Positions 8,473 to 18,571 of a stretch of DNA of 27,323 bases are shown here, piece after piece (position 1 is the stretch's first letter; each line of letters starts with the position of its first letter). The translations under genes were made by a program, and so were the position numbers. The DNA lies in IMG/VR virus record IMGVR_UViG_2693429713_000014; one strand, given 5' to 3'. The DNA comes from a virus (taxonomy: Duplodnaviria; Heunggongvirae; Uroviricota; Caudoviricetes). The notes beneath the pieces were generated by a model. The model saw only the letters and a list, made by a program, of their open reading frames with translations. It did not search any database and had not been told where the DNA came from.

Positions 8473-9218
8473 TATTTAGCCCTCACCAGAAAGTTAAATG
8501 CAATATTTCGCGGTCTGACAGCAACAAAATTCACACCATCACCCACAGAGTTACTGGTGAAATTAAATCGTGAAAATCCTGGCTGATTTCCGGCGATGCC
8601 ATCATGAAAGTTAATTGCGTGTCCCGCACCTTCGCCTATATTCCCGGCAAACTGAGAAAAGTTTGTAGCTGCCTGCCAACTTAATAATTCGCGACCACCA
8701 TCTGCACCTCGCCCGTCATCCCAGACACGAATGAAATCACCGCGTGCGTCAGGTAATGCCAACGCCGGAAACACTTTCGCCAGCACAGGGTAATCAGTGG
8801 CAGAAAATTTCGCCCCGTTGAACTTCAAAAACACCATACTGGACCAGCTGTCGATTACAGTATTTGGCATTGCAGCGGACGCCCAGAAGAACGGAACACC
8901 AATAGCTGGAGCACCTTCTCCCAAACCAAGGTTTTCGAGAGCCGTTTTCACCGTGCCATCCGATTTGATATCGCCAAACGGATTCTTGCGGCTTAACAGC
9001 AGCGCACGAAGCGCTGTAAGCAGCTGGTCATGCCGCCCCTTCTCCAGGCTGGCACCGGATACCTCCACAACACTGCAAAGTTCCTCCTGCAACATGTCAA
9101 AGTAGTCATCATCCAGATCGGTGGCAGGTGTGCCGGTCTGGGGGTTACCACGGGTAAAACCGTTCTTACCCGCGCCGAACTTATCCTTCTGCGCGGTTTT
9201 CGTGTCTATACGATGCAT
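8472..9218 (-). CDS. Tail fibre protein (constant N-terminal part plus variable C-terminal part inside the invertible segment)
   Basis: 248-aa ORF. The crossover site lies within it at 8911-8940, encoding LGLGEGA. Confidence 0.7.
   Translation of the reverse strand: MHRIDTKTAQKDKFGAGKNGFTRGNPQTGTPATDLDDDYFDMLQEELCSVVEVSGASLEKGRHDQLLTALRALLLSRKNPFGDIKSDGTVKTALENLGLGEGAPAIGVPFFWASAAMPNTVIDSWSSMVFLKFNGAKFSATDYPVLAKVFPALALPDARGDFIRVWDDGRGADGGRELLSWQAATNFSQFAGNIGEGAGHAINFHDGIAGNQPGFSRFNFTSNSVGDGVNFVAVRPRNIAFNFLVRAK
8911..8940. repeat. Invertase crossover site, right
   Basis: gcaccttctcccaaaccaaggttttcgaga, the reverse complement of the left site core. Confidence 0.7.
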
Positions 9219-9221
9219 GGA

Positions 9222-9806
9222 TTACTCCGGATATTTAAAAATTACGTAGGTATGCGACGGGCAGAGTTTGTTAAGCACACACTCGACAACGGTGTCGCCC
9301 CAGATACGCAGTGCGGAATCACAGGGATCGCCACATGTCATCCAGGTGGTGTTGGTGGCGGCTGGCATGTTGACCTGCCAGTAATACCGCCATTCCGGCG
9401 CATTCACCGCGTCAGTACAGGCCGATGAGCAGGTGAACGTGCTTTTGTCGTATCGCGTGATGGTGGCGTCTGGTCTGCCCAGGGCAGCAAGCTGTGCAAG
9501 GTAAAAATCCTCATTGATGCCGCCCGCCAGGTTAACCTTCGCATCCAGTCGTTGCTGACGCTGGCGAAGGGTCTGTGTCCCTGCGGGAATACATTCATCC
9601 GGCAGGCCGCACAGACGCTCCCAGCGATTTATCAGTTCGGTGGTGGTGCGCGGATCCAGCTCCCGCATCAGGGCATCCGCACGCTGATGAACGCGGGTTA
9701 ATGACGGTGCCGCACCGGCAATCGCCGGATCGCTGGCTGACCACGCCGGACCGGGGGGCAACAGTGCCGACAACAGATGGATGTAATCATCGTTTGTCAC
9801 GTCCAT
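9222..9806 (-). CDS. Mu gp48-like / YmfQ-like (DUF2313) baseplate or tail protein
   Basis: 194-aa ORF placed between the baseplate J-like gene and the tail fibre; family assigned from recalled similarity to e14 YmfQ. Confidence 0.65.
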   Translation of the reverse strand: MDVTNDDYIHLLSALLPPGPAWSASDPAIAGAAPSLTRVHQRADALMRELDPRTTTELINRWERLCGLPDECIPAGTQTLRQRQQRLDAKVNLAGGINEDFYLAQLAALGRPDATITRYDKSTFTCSSACTDAVNAPEWRYYWQVNMPAATNTTWMTCGDPCDSALRIWGDTVVECVLNKLCPSHTYVIFKYPE

Positions 9807-10855
9807 GAAATCGTCCCCAGTACCGCCAGTTCATTTTTTGCAATGGAGATATTGTCCGCCGGTGCAAGCAACTGATGGCTGTATTCCCCGTTCGCACCGG
9901 AAATCGCCTCACTGATACGCGACACCTTCAGTTCTCCCTGCGGATAACCATCACGCAGCAGGAACGAACGCAACTCGGCGGTGATGGCAGCCCGTATTTC
10001 CGGTGTGTCCGGCGTCACGCGGATATGAAAATCCACTTTATGCGCCACCGGCCTGAATACATACAAATCAGAGCCTGCCACCGGGGCCAGTGGCTCAATG
10101 TGTTGTCTTGCCGCCGTTTCCGTTGATTCTTCCGGAATGGGATTAATCAGGTCACTGCTGGCAATCATCACACCGACAGTCCCCGTTCCCATCCAGTGGC
10201 GGTATGTCCATGCACGGGTAATGCCGGGCACTTCTTTAGCCCAGACTACATAGTCCCCGTCAGCCCCGCCCTGAGGCGTCCAGTAATACCGCTCAATGAC
10301 GCGGGCGCGCCACGTTTCCAGCTCTTCAGTATCAAATCCACCTGTCAGAGTGTCTGCCACGCCGGAAGACGGCAGACCATTCACCGGCGTGACCAGGATT
10401 AATGACGTACCGTCGTCAGCGTTACCGACCGCTCCTGCACTTGAGCAGGCGATCGGCACGCGCAGGACACCACCGGCGCTGGTTGCATCGGCAGTTGCCG
10501 TGTACTGAACCAGGTCATCGCGCTGAATAACACTCCCGGCGATCACCTTCAGGCCATCGCTGACACCTTCCCAGCGCATATACCCGCTGGCAGCCGTGGC
10601 CCCCTTGCGCGGACACCGTTTCATCGCAGCATGTCGCGCCAGCCAGGACTCATCGCACAGGTCAGGCAGCATGTTCATTGCCAGATAATCGATGTAACCG
10701 TAAACCGTATGCAGCGCCGCCGCATACACCTTTGCCCGCACGTCTTCATCCATGCGCCGGAGCGTGTCGCTGACGTCCAGCCTGGCGAATAAATCGTTAC
10801 GGAGCATACTGATATTTTCTGCCAACGTCGGGCGCTGAAATTCACTGTCCGCCAT
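9797..10855 (-). CDS. Baseplate J-like protein (Mu gp47 family)
   Basis: 352-aa ORF in the conserved gp45-gp46-gp47-gp48 order. Confidence 0.75.
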   Translation of the reverse strand: MADSEFQRPTLAENISMLRNDLFARLDVSDTLRRMDEDVRAKVYAAALHTVYGYIDYLAMNMLPDLCDESWLARHAAMKRCPRKGATAASGYMRWEGVSDGLKVIAGSVIQRDDLVQYTATADATSAGGVLRVPIACSSAGAVGNADDGTSLILVTPVNGLPSSGVADTLTGGFDTEELETWRARVIERYYWTPQGGADGDYVVWAKEVPGITRAWTYRHWMGTGTVGVMIASSDLINPIPEESTETAARQHIEPLAPVAGSDLYVFRPVAHKVDFHIRVTPDTPEIRAAITAELRSFLLRDGYPQGELKVSRISEAISGANGEYSHQLLAPADNISIAKNELAVLGTISWT

Positions 10856-11270
10856 GCGTTATCGCACTCCACAGATCATCAAAAGAAATCATTACCGGTC
10901 CGTCACGACGCCAGAGAGTGATACTGTTACCCAGTTCATTAATCCCGGTGCGGCGGATATCCAGATCAATACGGGACACCACACCGTCATCAATCATCCA
11001 TTGCAGGCATTCGCGGATATACCCCCTTACCGTCTGCACCAGCTGATTGGTCAGTTTGCCGCGCTGAAGCAGCCACAGCCGGGAGCCGTAACGGTCATTC
11101 TGTACCGCAGGCCAGGTATCCCCCCACCATCCCATCGGGACGTCGGCATTGTCATCAGGCTCCGCCCGCCGCCAGGTGAACAGGGAAATCACCACGGCGC
11201 GGGTCAGCGGATCCAGCGGTGCGCTGGCGCAGGTGCGTTTACCGTTCACCGTCAGCCAAAGTTCCATCAT
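10842..11270 (-). CDS. Baseplate protein (Mu gp46-like)
   Basis: 142-aa ORF between the spike and J-like genes, with overlapping start and stop. Confidence 0.65.
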   Translation of the reverse strand: MMELWLTVNGKRTCASAPLDPLTRAVVISLFTWRRAEPDDNADVPMGWWGDTWPAVQNDRYGSRLWLLQRGKLTNQLVQTVRGYIRECLQWMIDDGVVSRIDLDIRRTGINELGNSITLWRRDGPVMISFDDLWSAITHGGQ

Positions 11271-11815
11271 GCCTCCATCGCTTTATCCGGTTTGTCGGTG
11301 TTACTGCCCTGACCGTTCTCTCTGTGACGATGGCCGTTATAGGCAAGCCGCATCGCTGACATGGTGGTGCCGCCGGAGTCGCACAGGTCTTTCACCTGTC
11401 CGGTCACTTCCAGGTCCATTTCAAAACGTGCTCTGGGCGCATTGCGAAACGTGATCGTTTTACCTGCACCGTCCACCACGATCCCCTCCCGGGTCAGCGT
11501 CACAGACTGCCCCTGATCGTCATAGACAGCCACCTCACCCGTCTGCAGCCCTTTCAGGCGGTAGCGCCGGTCCGACACCGTAACAACCACCGCATGAGAA
11601 CGGTCGCCATCCGGAAACAACACCACCGCTTCCGCACCGCTGTTTGCCCTTGCGGTAAAACCGTAGGGTTCAAGATGTTCAACCCCGGCTTTGGGTTCAC
11701 CGGCAATCAGGGACACATCCACGGTCTGACATTTCGTGGCGGCACTGATGCTTTTCACCACTGCCCGCCCAATCAGGCCGAGAAGTTGTCGCTGCATGGC
11801 TTCAATCGTCCTCAT
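11267..11815 (-). CDS. Baseplate assembly / spike protein V (Mu gp45-like)
   Basis: 182-aa ORF at the conserved position after the hub gene. Confidence 0.7.
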   Translation of the reverse strand: MRTIEAMQRQLLGLIGRAVVKSISAATKCQTVDVSLIAGEPKAGVEHLEPYGFTARANSGAEAVVLFPDGDRSHAVVVTVSDRRYRLKGLQTGEVAVYDDQGQSVTLTREGIVVDGAGKTITFRNAPRARFEMDLEVTGQVKDLCDSGGTTMSAMRLAYNGHRHRENGQGSNTDKPDKAMEA

Positions 11816-12925
11816 CAGAACGGGTCCTCCTGTACTCTGGCTTTTTTCTTTTTCCGCGCGCCGGGGTCTTCAGGTTCAGGCAGATAAGCATCAGGCGGGC
11901 CGACACGGATTTCCGTCAGGGTGCCGTTCTGGTCCTGAGTAAACGTGACTTCCGAAACAAGCAGTTCGGTATTGTCAAAACCACAGACCGGATCAAAGAC
12001 AATCACCCGCTGGTTGGGTTGCCACAGCGTACCGTTACCCTGTCGCCAGCCCTGCACCACATAGGTGGTTTCATCCGTCCGCGCCGCCCGTTGCCGGGCT
12101 TCAAAGTCCGCACGGGCAATACAGCCTGCCCCCGTAGCCTGCCCTGTCTGCCTGATATACATCGGACGGTAACGGGCAATAAATGCGTCCTCTGTGCGGG
12201 CCCGCAGCGCGGTGGTGGTGGCCTCACCGAAATCATCGTCGTTTCCGGCACGCTGCCCCGCCACCTGGTAAACTGAAAACCGATCCCGGATACTCTTCTC
12301 CGTATCACAGGAAAGGATGTTTTCCCCAAGTACCAGCGCGGTATGTGCCCGCGTTGAGCCAATACCACCAATCACCAGCCTGCCGTGCGGGTCGTCATAA
12401 GCCAGCGCCTGCTGCTGACCGAGTATTTTGTTGATCACCTCAATCACCGTTTCACCGTGATCAGGCTGGACATCCGGAATAACACCCGACGGCGCATCGC
12501 TGTTCACCACCTCAATGCCGAAAGGCGCAGCAAGCGCCTGCGCAATCTGTACCAGCGATCGTCCGTTAAACTGTGTCGGTTCGGCTGCACAGTCAATCAG
12601 GTCAGCAGTCAGACTACGTCCGGCAATACCGGTGCTGACCGAACGGGCATCGTAACGAACGGGGGTCGCCTCCACCCAGCCGGTGATCACCAGCTCATAA
12701 CCAATCAGCACTTCCACTTTTGAACCATTTTTAATGCGCGGCTGAAGCGTGGTGATACCCTCATCTCCCGGCCANNNNNNNNNNNNNNNNNNNNNNNNNN
12801 NNNNNNNNNNNNNNNNNNNNNNNNNNNNNNNNNNNNNCCAGCCGTTCAATACCGGCACCGATGCGCACCGATGTCCAGCCATTCCACTCCCGGCCATTTA
12901 CCCGTAGCGTGACGTTATCGTTCAT
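11815..12925 (-). CDS. Baseplate hub protein (Mu gp44 / P2 gpD-like), interrupted by an assembly gap
   Basis: N-terminal frame from the ATG at 12925-12923 (MNDNVTLRVNGREWNGW...) overlaps the upstream stop in an ATGA arrangement. The frame after the N-run differs from it. Confidence 0.7.
12775..12837. other. Run of 63 N (assembly gap or masked bases)
   Basis: Directly visible. Confidence 1.
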
Positions 12926-14250
12926 TGCACTGGCACCTTCAGAGGGATCACCGGCACAAAGCCGGGATGCGTAATGGCATTACGCCGGATAATGTCCGCG
13001 TCACGCGCCGCGTTATCAAACCAGGTCGCCGCCAGCACCAGCGCGGGTAAAACCTCATCCGGTGTGCGCTGAATGATCCGTGCAGACTGTTCAAGGCGCG
13101 TGTTGATATCCGCATTCAGATCTGCTTTCACCCGGCGCAGCGCCAGAAACAGCGCATCGCTGGTTGTACGGGACAACTCCTTATCAATTGCCGTATTCAG
13201 TGTGTCGCGAATGTCAGTCAGTTCTTCCCACGTCGGCAGGTCAACCGTGTTTTTCACCGCCGGTGCATTGTTCAGTGCCGGATGCGTGACGGAAGGCCAG
13301 CCAGTGCTCTGCGCGGGTGTTGTTGCCTGCCCCACTGCGGCATTCTGCATCACCGCGGAAGTTGTTGGCGCAGGCAATCGGGTGACGGCATACGCCGCTT
13401 CGCTGATTGCGGTCGTACGAAGGGTGCTGGCAACCACGTTACGCTGCTGCGTCGCCGTGGCGGTGGTTTTACTGTCCGTTTTCCAGACGCCGCGCGGTTG
13501 CAGATCGCTGCCGAGGCTGACACCGGAAAGCGTTTTGATCATGGTGACCAGGTCGCTGGCGTTACCATAAAGGCGTTTCCCGGTACGCCACATTTTCTGC
13601 ACCTGCTCAACGAAGTTTTTGCCTGACGATGGCGGAGGCAGAAGTACCGAGATATCCCCCTGCAACAGTCTGGCGGCATCCGATACGGCAGAATCCACCA
13701 CTTTCATCGCATCAGAAACATACCCAAGCATTGTGCTGGCATTACCGACGACGTCGTTCTGCACAAAATCCGCCACGCCATCGATACTGAAACCACTGAA
13801 ACTGTCACTGATGCAGTCATCCAGTGCAGAACAGGATGACATCAGCGTCTGCGCCGTCGCCGCACCTGAAGTGGGGTAAGAGAGTTCTCCCGCTTCGACA
13901 AACTTCAGGTCAAAGCGGACAATACGCCCTTCACTCTTCGATGTGCTGACCCGAACTTCTCCGTCAACACAGACTTTCAGCTCACCGTAAGTCGGATGGA
14001 CAAGCGTGCCGGGACCGGGTTTATTCAGCGCGTCAATCAGGCGATCGCGCTGGTCAAAGCAGTCATCTCCCACCACATAAGCTGTGATGGACGGGCGGAA
14101 AGTGATTTTCCCCAGGTCTTCGGTATAGGGTTTGTCGCGGTTCGGGTATTCGTGCGTTTCCACACGACGACCGGTTCCCGCACTTTCTTCTTCAACCTTA
14201 AACGGCACACCACGAAATGACGCGTCCTGAAGTCTGTCTTTCCACGTCAT
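12922..14250 (-). CDS. DNA circulation protein (Mu gp43-like)
   Basis: N-terminus MTWKDRLQDASFRGVPF from the start at 14250 with GGAG six nt upstream; the track ORF starts further 5' at 14292. Confidence 0.7.
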   Translation of the reverse strand: MTWKDRLQDASFRGVPFKVEEESAGTGRRVETHEYPNRDKPYTEDLGKITFRPSITAYVVGDDCFDQRDRLIDALNKPGPGTLVHPTYGELKVCVDGEVRVSTSKSEGRIVRFDLKFVEAGELSYPTSGAATAQTLMSSCSALDDCISDSFSGFSIDGVADFVQNDVVGNASTMLGYVSDAMKVVDSAVSDAARLLQGDISVLLPPPSSGKNFVEQVQKMWRTGKRLYGNASDLVTMIKTLSGVSLGSDLQPRGVWKTDSKTTATATQQRNVVASTLRTTAISEAAYAVTRLPAPTTSAVMQNAAVGQATTPAQSTGWPSVTHPALNNAPAVKNTVDLPTWEELTDIRDTLNTAIDKELSRTTSDALFLALRRVKADLNADINTRLEQSARIIQRTPDEVLPALVLAATWFDNAARDADIIRRNAITHPGFVPVIPLKVPVQ

Positions 14251-14310
14251 ATAAACTCCGTACATAAAAAATCCCACCGGAGTGGGACTCATTAACAGAT
14301 TAATTTTTCA

Positions 14311-16146
14311 TTACCTGCCAAAGCGCGTATAGCCAACATCATGGCTGACATCAAAACCGCTGGATCGCGTTTCCATAACCCGCATACCCGGAGGCGAATT
14401 CACAAAAGAGACCTTGATCTCACCATCAACTTTTGGCGCAGAAGCTTTGTTAATCATGAAGGGATTCGGGCCTGTGGCACCGGAGGCGTTGTTTGACTGA
14501 GCCGGATCCACCGCCGGATAAGGTGTGTATCCCCGCGCCGGTATTCCCGTCCCATAAGCATCATAAGCACCCGCGCCCCACTGCGCAGAGTTAATGGCAT
14601 CGACCGTGTCACCGGAACTGTCGGTAAACCACTCAATAATTGGCTTCAGCTTGTCCCACATATCCTGAAACCACTTAACAACCGGCCCCCAGTTATTGAT
14701 CACCATCCCCAGCGGCGACCAGGCAAAAACTTTCTTAAGGAGTTCCCAGCCGGCCTCAAAATAAGGACCAATGGTTTCCCAGAGTTTCTTAAAATAAGGT
14801 CCGACAACATCCCAGTTAGTGATAATTAATCCCGCAGCCAGGGCTATCGCCGTCGCAATCATGCCAATCGGCGTCATCGACATGATCCTGCTGACAATAC
14901 TGATGGCACCGCCAACGCCCATCAATCCCAGTTTCAGAATCGCAAGACCGGCAGCAAGCCCGACGACGCCGCGAATAACCCGGGGATTTTCATCCGCAAA
15001 CTTCGTGAATTTCTCCCCCAACTCCCCCAGCCATTGCGTGATATTTTTAGCGTCACCAGAAAATGCGCCGCCAATAGCTGCAAGACCGTTAGTTGCGGTC
15101 CCCGTCATTGCCTCCCACAGGTTGGACAGCGTACCAAGCTGTGCCTGAACACGTTTATTCAGGCTGGCCTGTTTATTCATCTTCTGCTGGATCTGATCGT
15201 AACCATCCTTCCCTTTATCGATCAGAGCATTGACCACCTGAAGGGTTTCGGCATCATCACCAAATATTGCCTTAAGTACACCTGTTCGCTTAACGTCGGT
15301 CAGTTTTCGCAGCTTTGCCAGTTGCCTGAACATGTTATCAAGACCGCCAAAACTCCCTTTGCCGTCAGTAAAATCGAGCTGCACTCCGAGTTTCTGGCGG
15401 GCCATAACTTTATTAACGTCCCTGATTTTCTTAACGCTTAATCCGGACTGGATAACTTTTCGCAGGGCATTACCTGCCGACTCCCCGTTCATCCCCATCT
15501 GATCCATCATGACGCTGATGGGGGCAAGGCTCTGTGCAGCCTGAAGACCGTCCTTGTTCACCATCTTCAGAACAGAACTGGTTTTAGTGAAGAAGGACAA
15601 CATGTTGGTATCGTCAACGCCCAGATAAAACGCCTTCTGGATAGTGTCGAACAGCCCCATCATGTCTTCTGACGCCGTTCCGGTAGCATCCTGCATCTTT
15701 GCGGCAAACTCGGCAGCCGCTTCCGGTGTTTTTTTCAGTTGTACCGCAAGATAAGCTGTCGCTTTACCCACACCGCCAAGAATGTTTTCTGCCGGGATCC
15801 CCTGACGCACCAGCATCTGCATCATGTTCTGGAAATCAGCCGTTGTACCGGGTAGCTGGTTACCCAGGCCAATAGCCAGTTTATTGATGTCCTGAAAGCG
15901 CTTTCCGACCTCACCGTTCGCATCCATCATGGCAACTTTCAGCCCGGTGGCGGCGTTTTCCTGATCGGCATAAGATTTCAGGGAAAGCGTCAGACCCGCA
16001 GCCAGTCCGCCACCAAGCGCCAGCCCACCCTGTGACGCTTCTTCCGCCTGGCGTTTAAATCCCCGGATTTTCTTTTGCATTTTCGACAGCGCGGGAGAAA
16101 GCCTGTCGACACCGGTGATCAACGCCTTAAGCTCAAATTCAGCCAT
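14311..16146 (-). CDS. Tail tape measure protein
   Basis: 611-aa ORF, Ala/Gly-rich with a hydrophobic central segment, downstream of the frameshift chaperone. Confidence 0.85.
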   Translation of the reverse strand: MAEFELKALITGVDRLSPALSKMQKKIRGFKRQAEEASQGGLALGGGLAAGLTLSLKSYADQENAATGLKVAMMDANGEVGKRFQDINKLAIGLGNQLPGTTADFQNMMQMLVRQGIPAENILGGVGKATAYLAVQLKKTPEAAAEFAAKMQDATGTASEDMMGLFDTIQKAFYLGVDDTNMLSFFTKTSSVLKMVNKDGLQAAQSLAPISVMMDQMGMNGESAGNALRKVIQSGLSVKKIRDVNKVMARQKLGVQLDFTDGKGSFGGLDNMFRQLAKLRKLTDVKRTGVLKAIFGDDAETLQVVNALIDKGKDGYDQIQQKMNKQASLNKRVQAQLGTLSNLWEAMTGTATNGLAAIGGAFSGDAKNITQWLGELGEKFTKFADENPRVIRGVVGLAAGLAILKLGLMGVGGAISIVSRIMSMTPIGMIATAIALAAGLIITNWDVVGPYFKKLWETIGPYFEAGWELLKKVFAWSPLGMVINNWGPVVKWFQDMWDKLKPIIEWFTDSSGDTVDAINSAQWGAGAYDAYGTGIPARGYTPYPAVDPAQSNNASGATGPNPFMINKASAPKVDGEIKVSFVNSPPGMRVMETRSSGFDVSHDVGYTRFGR

Positions 16147-16306
16147 GTGTGCGTTTCTCCTGCTCTATCCTGTTTGCCTGACTGACCAGTAAGGGAATTT
16201 CACTGATCGGCATATTCAGCAATTCGAAGGGATTAATGCGCCAGTAGCTGGCGCAGTCAAAGAAGCGATCAGTGAGGTATTCAGCCGTCAGGCCTGGAGG
16301 AAAAAA
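16139..16306 (-). CDS. Tail assembly chaperone -1 frameshift extension (long product, with 16288..16557)
   Basis: Overlapping -1 frame ORF. Slippery site T TTT TTC lies at plus-strand 16300-16306, in the X XXY YYZ register of the upstream frame. Confidence 0.6.
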   Translation of the reverse strand, partial: FFPPGLTAEYLTDRFFDCASYWRINPFELLNMPISEIPLLVSQANRIEQEKRTHG

Positions 16307-16557
16307 CCAGCCACAAGCCACGCCGCTGCATTCAGGTCTGCCGGAGACATCTGGTCGACAGAGTTTTGCGGCACTTTCGCCAGCCGCACAATGTATTTCG
16401 ACACCACATGCGCCAGAAGTCTGACGGACTCATCCTGATTCATCTGGTAGGGATACCCCAGCTCGCGGACATCTTTCCCGGTGGGCTCATCAAACTCCAG
16501 TACGGAGAGTGTCTCGCCATGAGCAGTGATCGGTTTCTTTAACTCAAGCTCTTTCAT
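16288..16557 (-). CDS. Tail assembly chaperone (short, unshifted product)
   Basis: 89-aa ORF between the tail tube and tape measure genes, ending just after a slippery heptamer. Confidence 0.7.
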   Translation of the reverse strand: MKELELKKPITAHGETLSVLEFDEPTGKDVRELGYPYQMNQDESVRLLAHVVSKYIVRLAKVPQNSVDQMSPADLNAAAWLVAGFFLQA

Positions 16558-16913
16558 TACTGGTAATCCCCTTCTTCACCGTGGAACTCAAGATCAACCG
16601 TGCCTTCTTCGGCATTATGGTTCGCTTCGCCATGCAGCCAGGCAGACGACAGTACATAGACCTGACCGTTCGCCAGCTCGGCAGTGATGGTCATCTCATC
16701 AGACGAGGTGATTTTGCTCACCGGAAAATTCTTCGGCACCTTGAAGGTCCCTTTGACATAAGGTGCACGGTGAGTTTCCTTGCGGTCCACTGAACCATCC
16801 AGACCGATGATGTCATCGTTAACCGTTTTGTTCATAGGCACCTCAATGCCGCCGGTCAGCGATAGCTGCTGACCGTCAATTTTGAAATAACAGGTTCCCC
16901 CGATACGGGCCAT
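16557..16913 (-). CDS. Tail tube protein
   Basis: 118-aa ORF immediately after the sheath gene. Confidence 0.75.
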   Translation of the reverse strand: MARIGGTCYFKIDGQQLSLTGGIEVPMNKTVNDDIIGLDGSVDRKETHRAPYVKGTFKVPKNFPVSKITSSDEMTITAELANGQVYVLSSAWLHGEANHNAEEGTVDLEFHGEEGDYQ

Positions 16914-18409
16914 TATGCGGACTCCTCTGAATACTGAAGACGGAACTGGTTAACCACGGCAAAGACACGCAACTGGTTAACATAGTCAGGCGGGAACAGC
17001 GTGTTCAGGCGGTTCGGATCGCTGGCATCACGCTCCACAACCAGGTACTGCTTAAACAGTTCGTAGTTTTCCACGATCCCCGCACGCTCAAGCTGACGGT
17101 AGGTTGCCAGCAGCTCCCCTTTGATCACCGCCGGGGTGACAATCGCCTGACCGGGACCAAAGCGGGTACCGTCGCTGGCAAGCTTGTGACGCCCGTACTT
17201 ACTGGTAATGACGGATTTCAGTTTGCGCAGCACATACGCGCTGGTATGCAGCGTCTCGCTGTCGAGGTAGCTGTTATCCGCAACACCGTAAGCGTTTTTC
17301 CTGTACGTGGTGACATCACGCTGAATGCGCAGCACCCCGCTTTCGACATACGCCGTTGCCACGCCATGAGACAGCAGGGTCTGTTGTTCGGTCATCGTGA
17401 ACCGTTTCCCCTTCGGCGCAGGCAGCATACCCACCAGCTCACCGGTCTGCGTGGGACGTGCCGGATCGTTGCGAATAAACACCGCTGCGCGGGCGGTACG
17501 GCTTGCCACCAGCTCGTCGGCAGGCGTCTGGGTGTCTTTTTCGTATCCCGCCAGGGTAATGTGCTGCTGGTTAAACTGGTCACCTGCGGTCACCAGTTCT
17601 GACAGCGTGCCGATCTTTGCCGTATACACATGACCATACAGCTGACGCGCATAGCTCCAGCGACCGCTGGTATCGTTCATCTCTGTCACCAGCGTGTTAA
17701 CGGAGGCAGTGTCGTTGAACGGCAGGCCAATATAATCAAACGGCTCATCCGCCATTGCAGCCACCGCGCCGGTGAGAACCGGAGCGCCCGTTCCGGCGCT
17801 CCCCGTCGCCACAGCAATCTGTACGCCCGCTGGCAGCACTTCGCCCCCACCAAAGCCGTAGTAATTGAGGCTGACAGGAATTTCATTCCCGCAAAGCCCC
17901 TTATGACGCGCGGTCAGCGTGACCACGCCTGCCGAAGATGAGGCCGTAAACGGCAGGGCCGGAACGGCATTAATGGCATCTTTGATACTGCTGGCAATCG
18001 TCGCGACGTTATCGCCGTTGGTCACCGGTGCCTGCACGCGGGTACGTCCCACATAAACATTCACCGTGCCGGTTTCGGTTGCCGCCCCGGTCACCGTCAG
18101 CGTAACCGTTGCCGCCGCGCCTGTAGCTTCCGGAACGGCAATCACATACAGCTCGCCAAACGGGTCGGTCTGGCGATAAGCCTCGACCATACGCGCCAGC
18201 TGACTTCCCGCACCACAAATCTGGCGTGCATAGTCTGCCGACGGCATCAGCACCAGACTGTTGGCAACAATCTCTGCACCGTTATTGGCGTGACCAATCA
18301 GCAACGATGCCCCGCTGTCCTGTGCAGTATTCGCCGCCGAGTTATCCATTTCCGCATAAAACAGCGGAACCAGCGTATTCGACGGAATGGTGTTAAAGCT
18401 TATCGTCAT
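16913..18409 (-). CDS. Tail sheath protein
   Basis: 498-aa ORF in the conserved position for contractile-tail sheath. Confidence 0.85.
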   Translation of the reverse strand: MTISFNTIPSNTLVPLFYAEMDNSAANTAQDSGASLLIGHANNGAEIVANSLVLMPSADYARQICGAGSQLARMVEAYRQTDPFGELYVIAVPEATGAAATVTLTVTGAATETGTVNVYVGRTRVQAPVTNGDNVATIASSIKDAINAVPALPFTASSSAGVVTLTARHKGLCGNEIPVSLNYYGFGGGEVLPAGVQIAVATGSAGTGAPVLTGAVAAMADEPFDYIGLPFNDTASVNTLVTEMNDTSGRWSYARQLYGHVYTAKIGTLSELVTAGDQFNQQHITLAGYEKDTQTPADELVASRTARAAVFIRNDPARPTQTGELVGMLPAPKGKRFTMTEQQTLLSHGVATAYVESGVLRIQRDVTTYRKNAYGVADNSYLDSETLHTSAYVLRKLKSVITSKYGRHKLASDGTRFGPGQAIVTPAVIKGELLATYRQLERAGIVENYELFKQYLVVERDASDPNRLNTLFPPDYVNQLRVFAVVNQFRLQYSEESA

Positions 18410-18563
18410 CGGTGTTCACCTTTTTATTCACGCGCCGGATATCACCCGATGCTTCACGGCGCAGCCAGTAGTTGTTCTCGTCAACATTTCGCCCTTCGGC
18501 GGGCAAAAGGTCACCGCGGGCAGGGTCAGGCACTGACCGCCCTTTAACAGGTTTCACAAACAT
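18393..18563 (-). CDS. Small protein (56 aa) between tail-completion gene and sheath gene
   Basis: ATG at 18563 to TAA at 18395-18393: MFVKPVKGRSVPDPARGDLLPAEGRNVDENNYWLRREASGDIRRVNKKVNTDDDKL. Below the track length cut-off; no clear RBS. Confidence 0.3.
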   Translation of the reverse strand: MFVKPVKGRSVPDPARGDLLPAEGRNVDENNYWLRREASGDIRRVNKKVNTDDDKL

Positions 18564-18571
18564 GAAGATTC

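Noticed and set aside
11815-12897. Track start (MAGSGMAGH...) for the baseplate hub gene
   Set aside because: This start is an artefact of the N-run. The real start is the ATG at 12925, in a different frame and translationally coupled to the upstream gene.
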